The notes: generated by a model from the sequence alone, not told the origin. Shown: positions 48,622 through 57,530, counted from the first letter of the stretch. The stretch is DNA of 64,000 bases from an uncultured virus (IMG/VR IMGVR_UViG_3300046513_000171) (IMGVR_UViG_3300046513_000171); one strand, 5' to 3'. Numbers and translations are program-made.

Positions 48622-48662
48622 GTGGGGTGTCCTCCTTTGGGACTGGGACGTAAGGGACAGGG

Positions 48663-48693
48663 AAGCCCGCTATCGAAAGGTAGCGGGCTTTTT
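48663..48693 (+). terminator. Hairpin/terminator with U-tract on the + strand
   Basis: AAGCCCGCTAtc-GAAA-ggTAGCGGGCTT-TTT. Confidence 0.6.
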
Positions 48694-49092
48694 CTATTGT
48701 GACTCGGCTTTTACACGGACTCTCTGGAGTGCCAGGAAAAGTTTCGTGGCGTCGAGGCGCGGAAGCATAGCATCGACGGCGTTCACAGCGTTCGTGATGG
48801 GGACGCGCTCGAACTCCGTCGCCGCGATCGGCAGCCCGCGCCTTGCGAGCGCCTGCAGCGCCAGAATGCCCGAGTTCAGCAGGATCACCTCGTCCTTGAA
48901 TCTCGGGTCACCGTCGATCGTGTACCCCACCATGTCGATGCCTTCCGCCAGCTGCTCGATCGTCTCGTCGCTCGCAAACTTCGTGGACAGCACGACCAGC
49001 GCGCTGTGCAGGCCCATGCGGATGTGGTCCGCAAGGCCCTGCGTCACGGGCGCGTGCTTGAGCCGGATCTTGCGGACGGTGCGCTTTCTCAT
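48694..49092 (-). CDS. Hypothetical protein
   Basis: 132 aa, basic N-terminus, ATGA overlap. Confidence 0.6.
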   Translation of the reverse strand: MRKRTVRKIRLKHAPVTQGLADHIRMGLHSALVVLSTKFASDETIEQLAEGIDMVGYTIDGDPRFKDEVILLNSGILALQALARRGLPIAATEFERVPITNAVNAVDAMLPRLDATKLFLALQRVRVKAESQ

Positions 49093-49673
49093 TGCATCGG
49101 TATGCCGTCGCCGTCGACGAGCGTCACGCCTTCCTGCTTGAACGCGATGGGCGCCGTCAGGTACGCCTCGGGCATCGTGCTGAAGAAGCCCGCCGCGCGC
49201 TCCAGATCTTTACTCAGCTCAAAGAACGACGTCTGCCCCTTACGACCGGCCAGCAGCCCTTCCATCATCAGTATCACGAGGTGCATGCCGCAAACCTTCT
49301 TCTCGACCATCTCGGGCATGGTCGCGTCGGTCACGTGGCCCATGAACTCGCCCATCGGATAGTCGTCGGGCGCCGGGTGCAGCTGGAAACCCATGCCGAT
49401 GAACAGCGCGAGCTGTGCGATGAAGTCGATCTGCATCTCCAGCGTGTCCTCGGGCACCTTCACCGTCATCACGCTCTTGTGCTCGCCCGGCATCGACAGC
49501 GAGCCGTCCTCAGCCAGCGGGTACTGACGGAACAGGTACAGCGCGCCAGTCCGGATGTTGCCCAGCGGGATCACGTGGCGGTTGAACGACGTGAAGACGT
49601 TGCCCGTGTCCGGGTCGAAGATCGTACGCAGCGTCAGTCCGAAAGTCTGTGCTGCCATCTGTTTGTTTTCCAT
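49089..49673 (-). CDS. Hypothetical protein
   Basis: Probable start MENKQ at 49673, downstream of the 49682..50080 gene. Confidence 0.55.
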   Translation of the reverse strand: MENKQMAAQTFGLTLRTIFDPDTGNVFTSFNRHVIPLGNIRTGALYLFRQYPLAEDGSLSMPGEHKSVMTVKVPEDTLEMQIDFIAQLALFIGMGFQLHPAPDDYPMGEFMGHVTDATMPEMVEKKVCGMHLVILMMEGLLAGRKGQTSFFELSKDLERAAGFFSTMPEAYLTAPIAFKQEGVTLVDGDGIPMQ

Positions 49674-49681
49674 CTCGGTCT

Positions 49682-50080
49682 CTATAGCGGAATGAAGTCG
49701 GGTTCGTACAGTTCTTGCGCGGCGTCGCAGTACTGTACGAAGTCGAGGAACGCCTCGCGCGACATCGTGCGCGGCGGCTCTTCCAGACCCTGGGTCGTGA
49801 AGAGGCTGCCCTCGATGATGTGCGCGCGGGCGGCGTCCGTGAATCGGATCGGCACAGGGTACGGCGCGATGTTCGGCATCTCGTTGTCGAGATACAGCGA
49901 GCGCACACCGGCCTCGGTGAGCACCGTCACGAGCTGGGGCCGCCCTGCCTTCACGCTGGGCATCTGCAGCGTCCTCGCGTACCGGGCGTGGGAGTGGGCG
50001 ATGCGGTTGCGATAACTTGCAAGCGTGTCGCGCAGCTCCTTGTCCCGGTAGACGTCGGCCACGTCGTACCACTTCTCCAT
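49682..50080 (-). CDS. Hypothetical protein
   Basis: AAGGAG RBS, 132 aa. Confidence 0.6.
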   Translation of the reverse strand: MEKWYDVADVYRDKELRDTLASYRNRIAHSHARYARTLQMPSVKAGRPQLVTVLTEAGVRSLYLDNEMPNIAPYPVPIRFTDAARAHIIEGSLFTTQGLEEPPRTMSREAFLDFVQYCDAAQELYEPDFIPL

Positions 50081-50091
50081 GATGCGTCTCC

Positions 50092-50727
50092 TTAGCTGCT
50101 GCGTGCGTCAGCGCCGCCCTTGTCGGCGCGCGCCTCAGCTGCTGCGTTGCTGTAGCCGTTCGAGCCGTACCGGCCGTTCGCGCCCTGCAACTTGTCGATG
50201 TTCTGCTGCAGGACGGCGCCAAAGTCGGTACCGAGCAGGCGGCACGCGTCGAGGATCAGACCGATCACGCCCGAGATATTCGCCGTCAAGTGTGCCTCGG
50301 AGCCGCTCATGTTCTGGATGTAGCGGCCGATCTCCACGCCCATCTGCAGCGTGACTTCGAGCAGCAGTGCGCTGCGGGCCTCGTTGGTGATGGCTTCGAG
50401 GGAGTCCAGATCGTCAACCAGACCCAGCTGCGCCGCCTTGATCAAGGCCCATGAGTTCGAGGTCGGCTGCGCCTTCGTGCCGAACACGTTGAACGGGATG
50501 ACCGCGTAGAACATCGCATCGCCCAGCTCTTCGAGCATGTGGTCGATGAGCGTCGCACCGTCCTTCACGTCGGTCAGCTTCTTTTCATAGACGGCGACGC
50601 GCTTCACCTGGGTGGCGAACTCGCCGATCTCGGTCTGCAGACCGACCGCTGCATGCTTCAGACGCATCTCACGGGGATACTGCTTCTCGGTGTTCTGAGA
50701 GAGGGACTGGTAGAGGTGGAGGTCCAT
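50092..50727 (-). CDS. MazG-like NTP pyrophosphohydrolase
   Basis: GL..E.GE…EELGD..FY…NIDKL…RY motifs. Confidence 0.75.
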   Translation of the reverse strand: MDLHLYQSLSQNTEKQYPREMRLKHAAVGLQTEIGEFATQVKRVAVYEKKLTDVKDGATLIDHMLEELGDAMFYAVIPFNVFGTKAQPTSNSWALIKAAQLGLVDDLDSLEAITNEARSALLLEVTLQMGVEIGRYIQNMSGSEAHLTANISGVIGLILDACRLLGTDFGAVLQQNIDKLQGANGRYGSNGYSNAAAEARADKGGADARSS

Positions 50728-50797
50728 TTTGTTTTTCCGATTAAAGGGATTGATAGTTTACAGCAGGGGTAATTCAAACGCCAGACTTATTGCTATT

Positions 50798-50995
50798 TCA
50801 CTCTGGCTTCTCGACAACGAACGACTGGCAGGAGTGTTCGTCGAGATCGAACTCGTCACTGCACTGGTGGCAAAGCCCGTAGCTGTTCTGCGGGCTGTTC
50901 GCAGCGGCGGTTTCAGCCGACTGCTCGTCGTCGGCCTCGAACTCCCCGAGGTACTTGCTGCCGGTAACGATGCCGTACACGCGGAACTTAGGCAT
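50798..50995 (-). CDS. Small acidic hypothetical protein with CxxC
   Basis: 65 aa, LCHQCS. Confidence 0.6.
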   Translation of the reverse strand: MPKFRVYGIVTGSKYLGEFEADDEQSAETAAANSPQNSYGLCHQCSDEFDLDEHSCQSFVVEKPE

Positions 50996-50997
50996 GC

Positions 50998-51228
50998 TTA
51001 CTCTCCCTTCCAGAACACCTCAACAGCCTCGAACGTCGAGTCCGGCCAGCGCTCGCGCAGCTTGACGAGCACTGCGTCCTTCAGCGCTGTGTCAAGTAGC
51101 TCTGCGTTGTGCCGGCTGTTAAGAAATCCGAACTCAGCCGGGCCTGCTGACGGCAGGTTGATCGAGTGCAGGTACTGCGGCCTGCCTTCAGAAAACAGCT
51201 TCCTCACTATCCAGCCGAATCGCTCCAT
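50998..51228 (-). CDS. Hypothetical protein
   Basis: AAGGAG RBS, 76 aa. Confidence 0.55.
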   Translation of the reverse strand: MERFGWIVRKLFSEGRPQYLHSINLPSAGPAEFGFLNSRHNAELLDTALKDAVLVKLRERWPDSTFEAVEVFWKGE

Positions 51229-51232
51229 TGCG

Positions 51233-51415
51233 CTACTCCTTTACAAATTCAACCTTCTCGCCGCGACGCGCGGCTTCAAAGTACAGTTGCTTCAACGACA
51301 GTTCACGACCGACCGCGTCCCCATCGATCACGTAGCGGGTCACGGGTATCTCGTGCTGCTCGCGCTCCCCCACTCCGCGATTCAAACGGAGGGATCTGAC
51401 GACTGTTACCTTCAT
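51233..51415 (-). CDS. Hypothetical protein
   Basis: ATGA overlap, 60 aa. Confidence 0.5.
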   Translation of the reverse strand: MKVTVVRSLRLNRGVGEREQHEIPVTRYVIDGDAVGRELSLKQLYFEAARRGEKVEFVKE

Positions 51416-51894
51416 GCCAGATCTCCGTAACGTGGAATCACCGTCGCGTCGCTCTCATACAGCAGCGTCGCATCCGCATCCTTCAGCTCGTCGCGCAGCT
51501 GCGGCGAGTCCTTGGCTACCGCGAACTCGCTGCCCAGTTTGAGCAGCACGAACGGGATCAGGTTCTCGAAGCAGTGCGCCATCACAAACCACAGCGGGCC
51601 GCGCAGGTCGGCATCGTACTGCACGCTGTTGTCGGTGAACGACTGCACGACGGCATCCTTCGCTGTGCTCGTCCACTTCCCCTTGGGCTTGAACTGCACG
51701 AGCACGGCCGGCAGCGGCGTCTTCAGGTGGTCCTCGTACATCTGCAGCGCGACCGTGTGAGCGTAGCCGAGCCGCGTCAGGTCGGCGGCGACGCGGTCGC
51801 GCCACTTGGCCAGCGTGTACGTGGGGTGCTCGACGGCGCCGCGCTGTTCGAGGATGTCGCGCCAGTGCGCGGCGAGGGGCTTGTTTCGTCTCAT
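51412..51894 (-). CDS. Hypothetical protein
   Basis: 160 aa, preceded by the palindrome copy at 51907. Confidence 0.6.
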   Translation of the reverse strand: MRRNKPLAAHWRDILEQRGAVEHPTYTLAKWRDRVAADLTRLGYAHTVALQMYEDHLKTPLPAVLVQFKPKGKWTSTAKDAVVQSFTDNSVQYDADLRGPLWFVMAHCFENLIPFVLLKLGSEFAVAKDSPQLRDELKDADATLLYESDATVIPRYGDLA

Positions 51895-51961
51895 GGTGTG
51901 GTCCGTTCGGAAATTTCCGAAAAAATTTTGACTCGCCCGAAGCTATTGTTCGGACCCCTAT

Positions 51962-52357
51962 TTAATCGTTGACGGGAACCTTCGTGATCGCGCGGTGCTG
52001 CGCGGGCATCGACTTCGTCATGACGCCACGGTCGTACTGGCCGACGAAGATGTGCCACAGCTCGCTACAGTCTCGGCCGCCGTAGCAGACCACGAAGCGC
52101 GCCGAGATCAGGTGGTCGCCCTTGCCGATCTGCGGCGCCATCACATCCTGCTGTCGCACACGGTAGAACGTGCGCGGGTCGAGGCGCACGGAGGCGTTAG
52201 GCTCGTGCTGCGTGACTGCGTAGATCTCGACCTCGCACTCGCCGTCACGCCACATCAGGCCGCCCTGCGCATGGATGATGTCGCAGCCCTTCGGCAGGCT
52301 GGTCGTGCAGGTGTCGTCCTCTTCAAAGCGCAGTATGAAGCGCGAGACGTAGCTCAT
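51962..52357 (-). CDS. Hypothetical protein
   Basis: 131 aa; LPKG..I…R.F…WHIF pattern of a small phage family. Confidence 0.55.
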   Translation of the reverse strand: MSYVSRFILRFEEDDTCTTSLPKGCDIIHAQGGLMWRDGECEVEIYAVTQHEPNASVRLDPRTFYRVRQQDVMAPQIGKGDHLISARFVVCYGGRDCSELWHIFVGQYDRGVMTKSMPAQHRAITKVPVND

Positions 52358-52486
52358 GCCGCACCCCGCAGCGCCGACTCATTCACCGTGTACTGGCGCC
52401 CGACGCAGGCTGCGACGATCGTATAGCGCGTCTCGGCCCCGGGCCACGTGTGCACCGTCTGCACAGTCAGTGGCAGGGCCTCCCCG

Positions 52487-52846
52487 TCAATCATGACGCG
52501 GTCGTGCTCCGCGAACTTTGGTCTGTTCATCTTCGTTCTCTTGCAGGTTAGGTGTTGCATTGAAAAGCTGCTCGTACACCTGCGCACCGACGGTCGTCAG
52601 GTGCCAGTTGTTACGGCGATTCTCGGTGCTGGCGCGAGTGAGGCCCATGCGGCGCAGCGCCTTGAACGCGCCGTACACGAATACCATGTTGCCGCTGGCT
52701 GGCATGTCCCGGCGCGCTTCGGGCATCAGTACTTCCTTGGCGCGTGCCGGGCCTGCCTCACCGATCGCTTTCAGCACCTCGATATGACCACGCGAAAGTG
52801 ACAGCGCGATCCGGAACGTCGCAATCTCGGGGTGCGAGGTTGTCAT
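52487..52846 (-). CDS. Putative winged-helix DNA-binding protein
   Basis: VLKAI…GP…E…VY..FKAL…GL…WHLT..G pattern of MarR/TrmB-like wHTH; GGAG RBS. Confidence 0.5.
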   Translation of the reverse strand: MTTSHPEIATFRIALSLSRGHIEVLKAIGEAGPARAKEVLMPEARRDMPASGNMVFVYGAFKALRRMGLTRASTENRRNNWHLTTVGAQVYEQLFNATPNLQENEDEQTKVRGARPRHD

Positions 52847-52855
52847 AAAAACTCC

Positions 52856-52884
52856 AGATTAAATGGGAATTGATAGTTTGTCAA
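52856..52884 (-). promoter_or_regulatory. Sigma70-like promoter upstream of the wHTH gene
   Basis: TTGACA(52884-52879)-17 bp-TAATCT(52861-52856). Confidence 0.6.
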
Positions 52885-52890
52885 ACGGCT

Positions 52891-53874
52891 TTATTCTGCC
52901 GTTTGAATTTCAGCGGCGATGCTGGCCGCTTCTTCGAATACGTTGATCTCGATGGCGAAGCGCTCGACCTCGGCCCACGTGACGCTGTGGCAGCCGGCGC
53001 GGAAGTCGCCGTTCGGCTCGATGCTGTCGATCTCGAAGTGGCCGACGGGGACGCGGTGGCCGTTCTTCTCCCAGCGCTGCCCGCTCATGCGAACCCACTT
53101 CACGAACTGGAAGACGCGTACGGCGTGACGCAGCGGCACTTCGGCGCCGAGCGACGTCTGCACGGTCTCGGTGTCCTTCAGGCGGAACATGACCAGGTCG
53201 TTCGGCACGCCTGCCATCGTCCGACGCTCGCCCCGGCGCCACTCTTCACGCTGCAGGGCGCTGCGCTCGTCCTGAACGCGTTGCGCTTCCTTCCTCTTCG
53301 CGTCGCGCTTCTCCTTGTCGGCCTTGCGCCGCGCCTTCGCTTCGGGCGTGTCGCGCTTCTCCCACGCTTGCCTGATCTCGATGAAGTCGAGATCCACAGT
53401 CAGGCGCGGTCCCTTCAGGTCGAACCAGTCGCAGTACGTATGGACCGAGTCGGCGCGGTCGGCCATCTCCGTGATGGACGGTTCGCTGCGCGACTTCATC
53501 TGCCTGACCTTGGCCTCAGCGTAGCGGCCCAGCAGGTATTCGAGATTCCATGTGTGCATCTGCTCCGGGGTGAAGGCGGTGGGCGCCCTGCCGCCGTTCT
53601 CGCCGACGTACGGTACGTGCATGTATAGCCCGTGCAGCGCGCTTGCGAGGCCGCTCAGCTGCTTGCTCTTCGTGATCGGTGAGTATCCGTCGCTCGTGAT
53701 CAGGACCGCCGTGCGGCCGCGGCTGATGTGGTGCCACTTCGCGATCGGCGTCTGGTAGCTATACAGCCGGTTGCCGGTGAAGAAGAACGTGTGGGCGCCG
53801 TTCGAGCCCTCAGCCGTGGAGTCGGGGCCTTGCTGCGCGAAAAGGTGGCGGATCTGTGCGTTGGTGTGTGCCAT
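52891..53874 (-). CDS. Hypothetical phage protein
   Basis: 327 aa, preceded by palindrome-RBS at 53887. Confidence 0.75.
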   Translation of the reverse strand: MAHTNAQIRHLFAQQGPDSTAEGSNGAHTFFFTGNRLYSYQTPIAKWHHISRGRTAVLITSDGYSPITKSKQLSGLASALHGLYMHVPYVGENGGRAPTAFTPEQMHTWNLEYLLGRYAEAKVRQMKSRSEPSITEMADRADSVHTYCDWFDLKGPRLTVDLDFIEIRQAWEKRDTPEAKARRKADKEKRDAKRKEAQRVQDERSALQREEWRRGERRTMAGVPNDLVMFRLKDTETVQTSLGAEVPLRHAVRVFQFVKWVRMSGQRWEKNGHRVPVGHFEIDSIEPNGDFRAGCHSVTWAEVERFAIEINVFEEAASIAAEIQTAE

Positions 53875-53936
53875 GATGAAACTCCTTCGGAAATTTCCGA
53901 TTGATGAACTGCCCCGGTCGAGCCGGGGCCGAGGTA

Positions 53937-54299
53937 TTACGCTGTGGCCCAGCGGGCGTTCTCTTCCTGCACGAGGGGGCGCAGCCGGTCAGCGCGCTCG
54001 CTGAGCATGCTGACCTTCGCGCACATCTCTTCGGCGCGCGCCTCGATCTCCAGCAGCGCCAGACGGGCCTTGGCGACGTCGCGGGCGATGCGGCGGTCCA
54101 GACGGTCGCCCTCGCTCCTGCGGACGCTCAGACGGCGGATACGGGCCCGCAGCAACTCGGCCTTCGCGCAGAACTCTTCGGCCATCCCTTCGGCTTCGAG
54201 CAGCTCCACGTCCGTGCGGTGCAGCTCGCGCTCGGCCTTCAGCTCGGGCGTGTCGTTGACGACGCCCCACACGATCATCAGGTCACGAAGCATTCGCAT
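53937..54299 (-). CDS. Hypothetical coiled-coil protein
   Basis: 120 aa with internal duplication (LLE.E..AEE.CAK..L). Confidence 0.55.
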   Translation of the reverse strand: MRMLRDLMIVWGVVNDTPELKAERELHRTDVELLEAEGMAEEFCAKAELLRARIRRLSVRRSEGDRLDRRIARDVAKARLALLEIEARAEEMCAKVSMLSERADRLRPLVQEENARWATA

Positions 54300-54489
54300 G
54301 GCTCACCCCCGATCCGAAGCCGAAGTTGAACATCACGCGACCCGTCGTCGTCTCGACGTAGCCATACGCGCCTTCATTCGCGAGCTGCCTGCCCTTCTTC
54401 TTCAAGTTCTCCAGGCTCTTGCCCTCGACCACGTGATAGCGCCCGGTCTTGAGCGTCGCCCGCAGCCTGTACGTTGCTTTGATTGCCAT
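54283..54489 (-). CDS. Small basic hypothetical protein
   Basis: GGAG RBS, start MAIKATY. Confidence 0.5.
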   Translation of the reverse strand: MAIKATYRLRATLKTGRYHVVEGKSLENLKKKGRQLANEGAYGYVETTTGRVMFNFGFGSGVSHANAS

Positions 54490-54898
54490 TTTTACGTTCT
54501 CCAAGGTGGGACTGATTCACTGCGAGCAGTGAACGGATAAAGCCGAACGCGCTGCCTGCGATCTGCATGTGCTTGAGCAGAACGTTCGGTGGGCTGGCTG
54601 CTTCCAGCTCCTTTATTATCAGGTCAGCTTCGAGCAGCTGGGCGTACGTCAGGGGCGCGGGCTGGCCGGCGAGCGCTGCGTGTACCTCTTCTTCACCGGG
54701 CACACTCCAGAACCACTTCTTGCCGTCCTGCTCCAGCACGACGCCGAACTGCAGGGCGAAGCTGTTGATGACGTCGTGCTGGCGAGCTGTAGGGGGCAGC
54801 TCCGCGCGCCAGCCTTTGTAGCCTCGGCGCACATAGTCCAGATCGACAGCAGCCCCTTCGAACGCGTGGGACGCCGTTGCGTAGGGGCCGCGCTTCAT
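54374..54898 (-). CDS. Hypothetical protein
   Basis: ATGA overlap with the upstream gene; 3' end overlaps the next gene by about 115 nt. Confidence 0.5.
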   Translation of the reverse strand: MKRGPYATASHAFEGAAVDLDYVRRGYKGWRAELPPTARQHDVINSFALQFGVVLEQDGKKWFWSVPGEEEVHAALAGQPAPLTYAQLLEADLIIKELEAASPPNVLLKHMQIAGSAFGFIRSLLAVNQSHLGERKNGNQSNVQAAGDAQDRALSRGRGQEPGELEEEGQAARE

Positions 54899-55674
54899 TG
54901 CGGTGTCCAGAGCAGGCCGGTTGAATCCATCGCCGCACGGAAGCGCTGCATCAGTTCCGGGTGGCGTGCTTCGAGCTTGGCCTTCAGCTCGTCGCGCTCG
55001 ACCGACAGTTCCTCGTCCGTCGCTTCCGGCCAGACGGCGCAGCTGCGCGCGGCGTCGAGGTTGCGCTCCTTGCCCTCGCCCTCACGACACCACGGGCGCC
55101 AGTCGAGCGTGAACTCGCAGACTGGCTTCACGGCGCTGTCCGTGTACTCCGGCAGCTTGTACAGTTCGAGTTCGTTACCGTCCGCGTCGAGCGCAACGAG
55201 TTGCCACGACGGTTGCCCCGACTTGCCGTTGATGATCTGCCGCTTCTCGCCCTTGAGCAGGCCGCTGGAGTCGCGGTTACCTGCGTGGTACACCGTATTG
55301 GCGATGTATTGCAGCCGGCCGTCCGTCGACGTACCGTGCCATTTGCACAGCGCAGCGAGTTCGGGGAAGCGCTTCGAGATCGACTCGTGATCCGAGCCGC
55401 CACCGTAGTCACGCCAGGAGCCGCGAGAAAGCTCCTGGATGTCGCACGTGATGTGGAACGTGTTGTGGCTGTTTCTGCAGTCGTCATCCAGCGTGATCTC
55501 AGCCTGGATGCGCAGCCGTGCGCCGCTGCGCTTGAACTCGCGCCATTCCGACACCCACTTCTGTTGATCGAACAGCCCTTTCGTCATGCGCTCGCCGTTC
55601 GCGTTCTGCATCAGGCGGCCCTTGACACCCAGCACTTCGTGATCGTGCCAGTCACGGTAGAAACGTTCGCTCAT
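54895..55674 (-). CDS. Hypothetical phage protein
   Basis: 259 aa, preceded by palindrome-RBS at 55687. Confidence 0.75.
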   Translation of the reverse strand: MSERFYRDWHDHEVLGVKGRLMQNANGERMTKGLFDQQKWVSEWREFKRSGARLRIQAEITLDDDCRNSHNTFHITCDIQELSRGSWRDYGGGSDHESISKRFPELAALCKWHGTSTDGRLQYIANTVYHAGNRDSSGLLKGEKRQIINGKSGQPSWQLVALDADGNELELYKLPEYTDSAVKPVCEFTLDWRPWCREGEGKERNLDAARSCAVWPEATDEELSVERDELKAKLEARHPELMQRFRAAMDSTGLLWTPQ

Positions 55675-55714
55675 GTTGCATCTCCTTCGGAAATTTCCGA
55701 AAAAATTTTAGGAT

Positions 55715-55738
55715 AATCCGCACCGGATGGTGCGGATT
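55715..55738. other. 10-bp stem-loop adjacent to a palindrome copy
   Basis: AATCCGCACC-GGAT-GGTGCGGATT. Confidence 0.6.
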
Positions 55739-55740
55739 CC

Positions 55741-56055
55741 TTACTGCTCTCGTGCGTCGAAAGTCAGACGACCTCGGCCCATCGGGATGTTACCGTTTGA
55801 GTCGCGCACGAAGAAGTCACTGGGGTTAAGCGGCTTCGACGACTTGCCGTACGGCGCCCCGAACGGTGCAGTGATCTTCACCATCCGTCGCGGGATGCGG
55901 CCTGACTTCACCATCCGGTCATGGATGTAGTAGTCATAGTCGCTGCCGGGGCGGGACTTGCGTTTCTTGCTGCGAATCCACTGGCTGTTACGGCGCCGCG
56001 CAGCCTTCACGCGCGGGTCGTGCCAGGGTTCACGCTTGACGTGGTTTGCTTTCAT
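55741..56055 (-). CDS. Basic hypothetical protein
   Basis: 104 aa, Arg/Lys-rich, ATGA overlap. Confidence 0.5.
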   Translation of the reverse strand: MKANHVKREPWHDPRVKAARRRNSQWIRSKKRKSRPGSDYDYYIHDRMVKSGRIPRRMVKITAPFGAPYGKSSKPLNPSDFFVRDSNGNIPMGRGRLTFDAREQ

Positions 56056-56231
56056 GTCTTCACCACCATAAAGACCTCGCGTTCTTCGACGCTGGCGATG
56101 AAGTCCTTGAACGGGTCGGACGACTGAACGACCATCTCGATCGCCGCCGCACCAGCTTCGTCTTCATTCTCAGCTTCTACTTCCATTGTGTAGCGGATTT
56201 CCTCTTCCACCGTTACTGTGAACTTTGCCAT
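56052..56231 (-). CDS. Small acidic hypothetical protein
   Basis: AGGAG RBS; VEAENEDEA motif. Confidence 0.6.
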   Translation of the reverse strand: MAKFTVTVEEEIRYTMEVEAENEDEAGAAAIEMVVQSSDPFKDFIASVEEREVFMVVKT

Positions 56232-56380
56232 CACTTGTCTCCTGACACAGGGATCACGGCGTTAAGGCAGAGAATCACGAGAGCGAGGATAAACAGCCAC
56301 GCCGCATGAAACTCGTCACCTTCGAGATTGACGTAAATGCCCGCGACGAGGGTGACCGCTGCGCCGGCGAGGGCGAACAT
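56231..56380 (-). CDS. 49-aa two-TM membrane protein (not in the ORF track)
   Basis: MFALAGAAVTLVAGIYVNLEGDEFHAAWLFILALVILCLNAVIPVSGDK; TAATG and TGATG overlaps with both neighbours. Confidence 0.65.
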   Translation of the reverse strand: MFALAGAAVTLVAGIYVNLEGDEFHAAWLFILALVILCLNAVIPVSGDK

Positions 56381-56817
56381 TACTCACTCTCCGCAGCGTC
56401 ATGTTCCTTCTTCGGCTCACCGTCCTCGAACAGCGTCACAGCCTCGCCTTTCGCGCGGTTGCCGTCGAGCACCGTGGACTTGACCCAGGCGTCGTACTCT
56501 TCGTTTGCCTTGACCTCGTCATTGCCCTTGTAAACGCTGCCGACGTTACCGACGACGACCTCGAAATACGGTCGATCGCTGAAGTTGATGAACACGACAG
56601 TCGCACTACCCCGCGGCACGAGCTTGATCATGTCGCCGTAGTTCTGGTTGTCGGTGCGCACACCGCTCAGACCGAGCGCTTTCTTTGCGGCAGTAACCAG
56701 CTGCCGGTCGGTGTGGCCCTCTTCCATGAAGACGGTCTCACGCTTGACCCAGCAATAGTTGGCTTCGCCGCTCATTGTGTCGGTGTACTCGACATCAAAG
56801 CGAATCTTGTCAGCCAT
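56380..56817 (-). CDS. Hypothetical protein
   Basis: 145 aa, palindrome-RBS at 56829. Confidence 0.7.
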   Translation of the reverse strand: MADKIRFDVEYTDTMSGEANYCWVKRETVFMEEGHTDRQLVTAAKKALGLSGVRTDNQNYGDMIKLVPRGSATVVFINFSDRPYFEVVVGNVGSVYKGNDEVKANEEYDAWVKSTVLDGNRAKGEAVTLFEDGEPKKEHDAAESE

Positions 56818-56855
56818 TTCGTTCTCCTTCGGAAATTTCCGATTACAGAGGTTCT

Positions 56856-57149
56856 TTAGTGCGTAGGGATGTCGATCAGCCTGACTTCACATGCGTCCAC
56901 GTTAAACCCAAGCCGGTCGATGAATCTGTCGACCTCGGCCTTGCTCGCGAACGGCCCATAGAAGCTGAAGCCGTCTGAGATCGTGCCGTAAATGACGATG
57001 AACGGGCACTCATCAGATCCGTTCAACTCATTTGCTACCGCCTTGGCCTGTTGCTCGGTCAGACCAACCACGAACGTACGCGGCGGGATCGCAGATGAGT
57101 CCATAACCTCCCATCCGTGCGGGATGTTTTCGTAGGCTTCGTAGCTCAT
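56856..57149 (-). CDS. Hypothetical protein
   Basis: Start MSYEAY via ATGA overlap; shares I.YG…DG….GPF with 61966..62313. Confidence 0.6.
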   Translation of the reverse strand: MSYEAYENIPHGWEVMDSSAIPPRTFVVGLTEQQAKAVANELNGSDECPFIVIYGTISDGFSFYGPFASKAEVDRFIDRLGFNVDACEVRLIDIPTH

Positions 57150-57496
57150 GCGCGCACCCAGTACGTTTCGCCGTCGTAATTGACCTGCTTGTAGTCCTGC
57201 TTGAGCGCGGTCGCTGCCTTCTCCCAGTTGATGCAGTCGTACGGCCAGCCCGACGTCGGCCCCATACCGCTCGCGTAGTCTTCGCACCACGCCTCGAAGT
57301 GCGAGTCACGGATCAGCAGCCATTCGCGCTCGCCCGACGACCCGTCCGCGTCTTCGAGGACGCTGCGCAGATTCGACAACTCGTCCATGTCGTCGAAGTC
57401 AGTGGGGCTTTCCTTCAACTCGCCCGCGTAATAGGCAATCGAGGCCAGCACTTCGTCGCGCTGAATCGTGTTGTTCATGTTGGTGACATCAGCCAT
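57146..57496 (-). CDS. Acidic protein resembling the ArdA antirestriction C-terminal domain
   Basis: D/E-rich; INWEKAA.AL..DY..V..DG..Y resembles ArdA IDYEA.ARDL; variant palindrome-RBS at 57508. Confidence 0.4.
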   Translation of the reverse strand: MADVTNMNNTIQRDEVLASIAYYAGELKESPTDFDDMDELSNLRSVLEDADGSSGEREWLLIRDSHFEAWCEDYASGMGPTSGWPYDCINWEKAATALKQDYKQVNYDGETYWVRA

Positions 57497-57530
57497 TTCG
57501 TTCTCCTTTGGAAATTTCCGATTGATGGGG

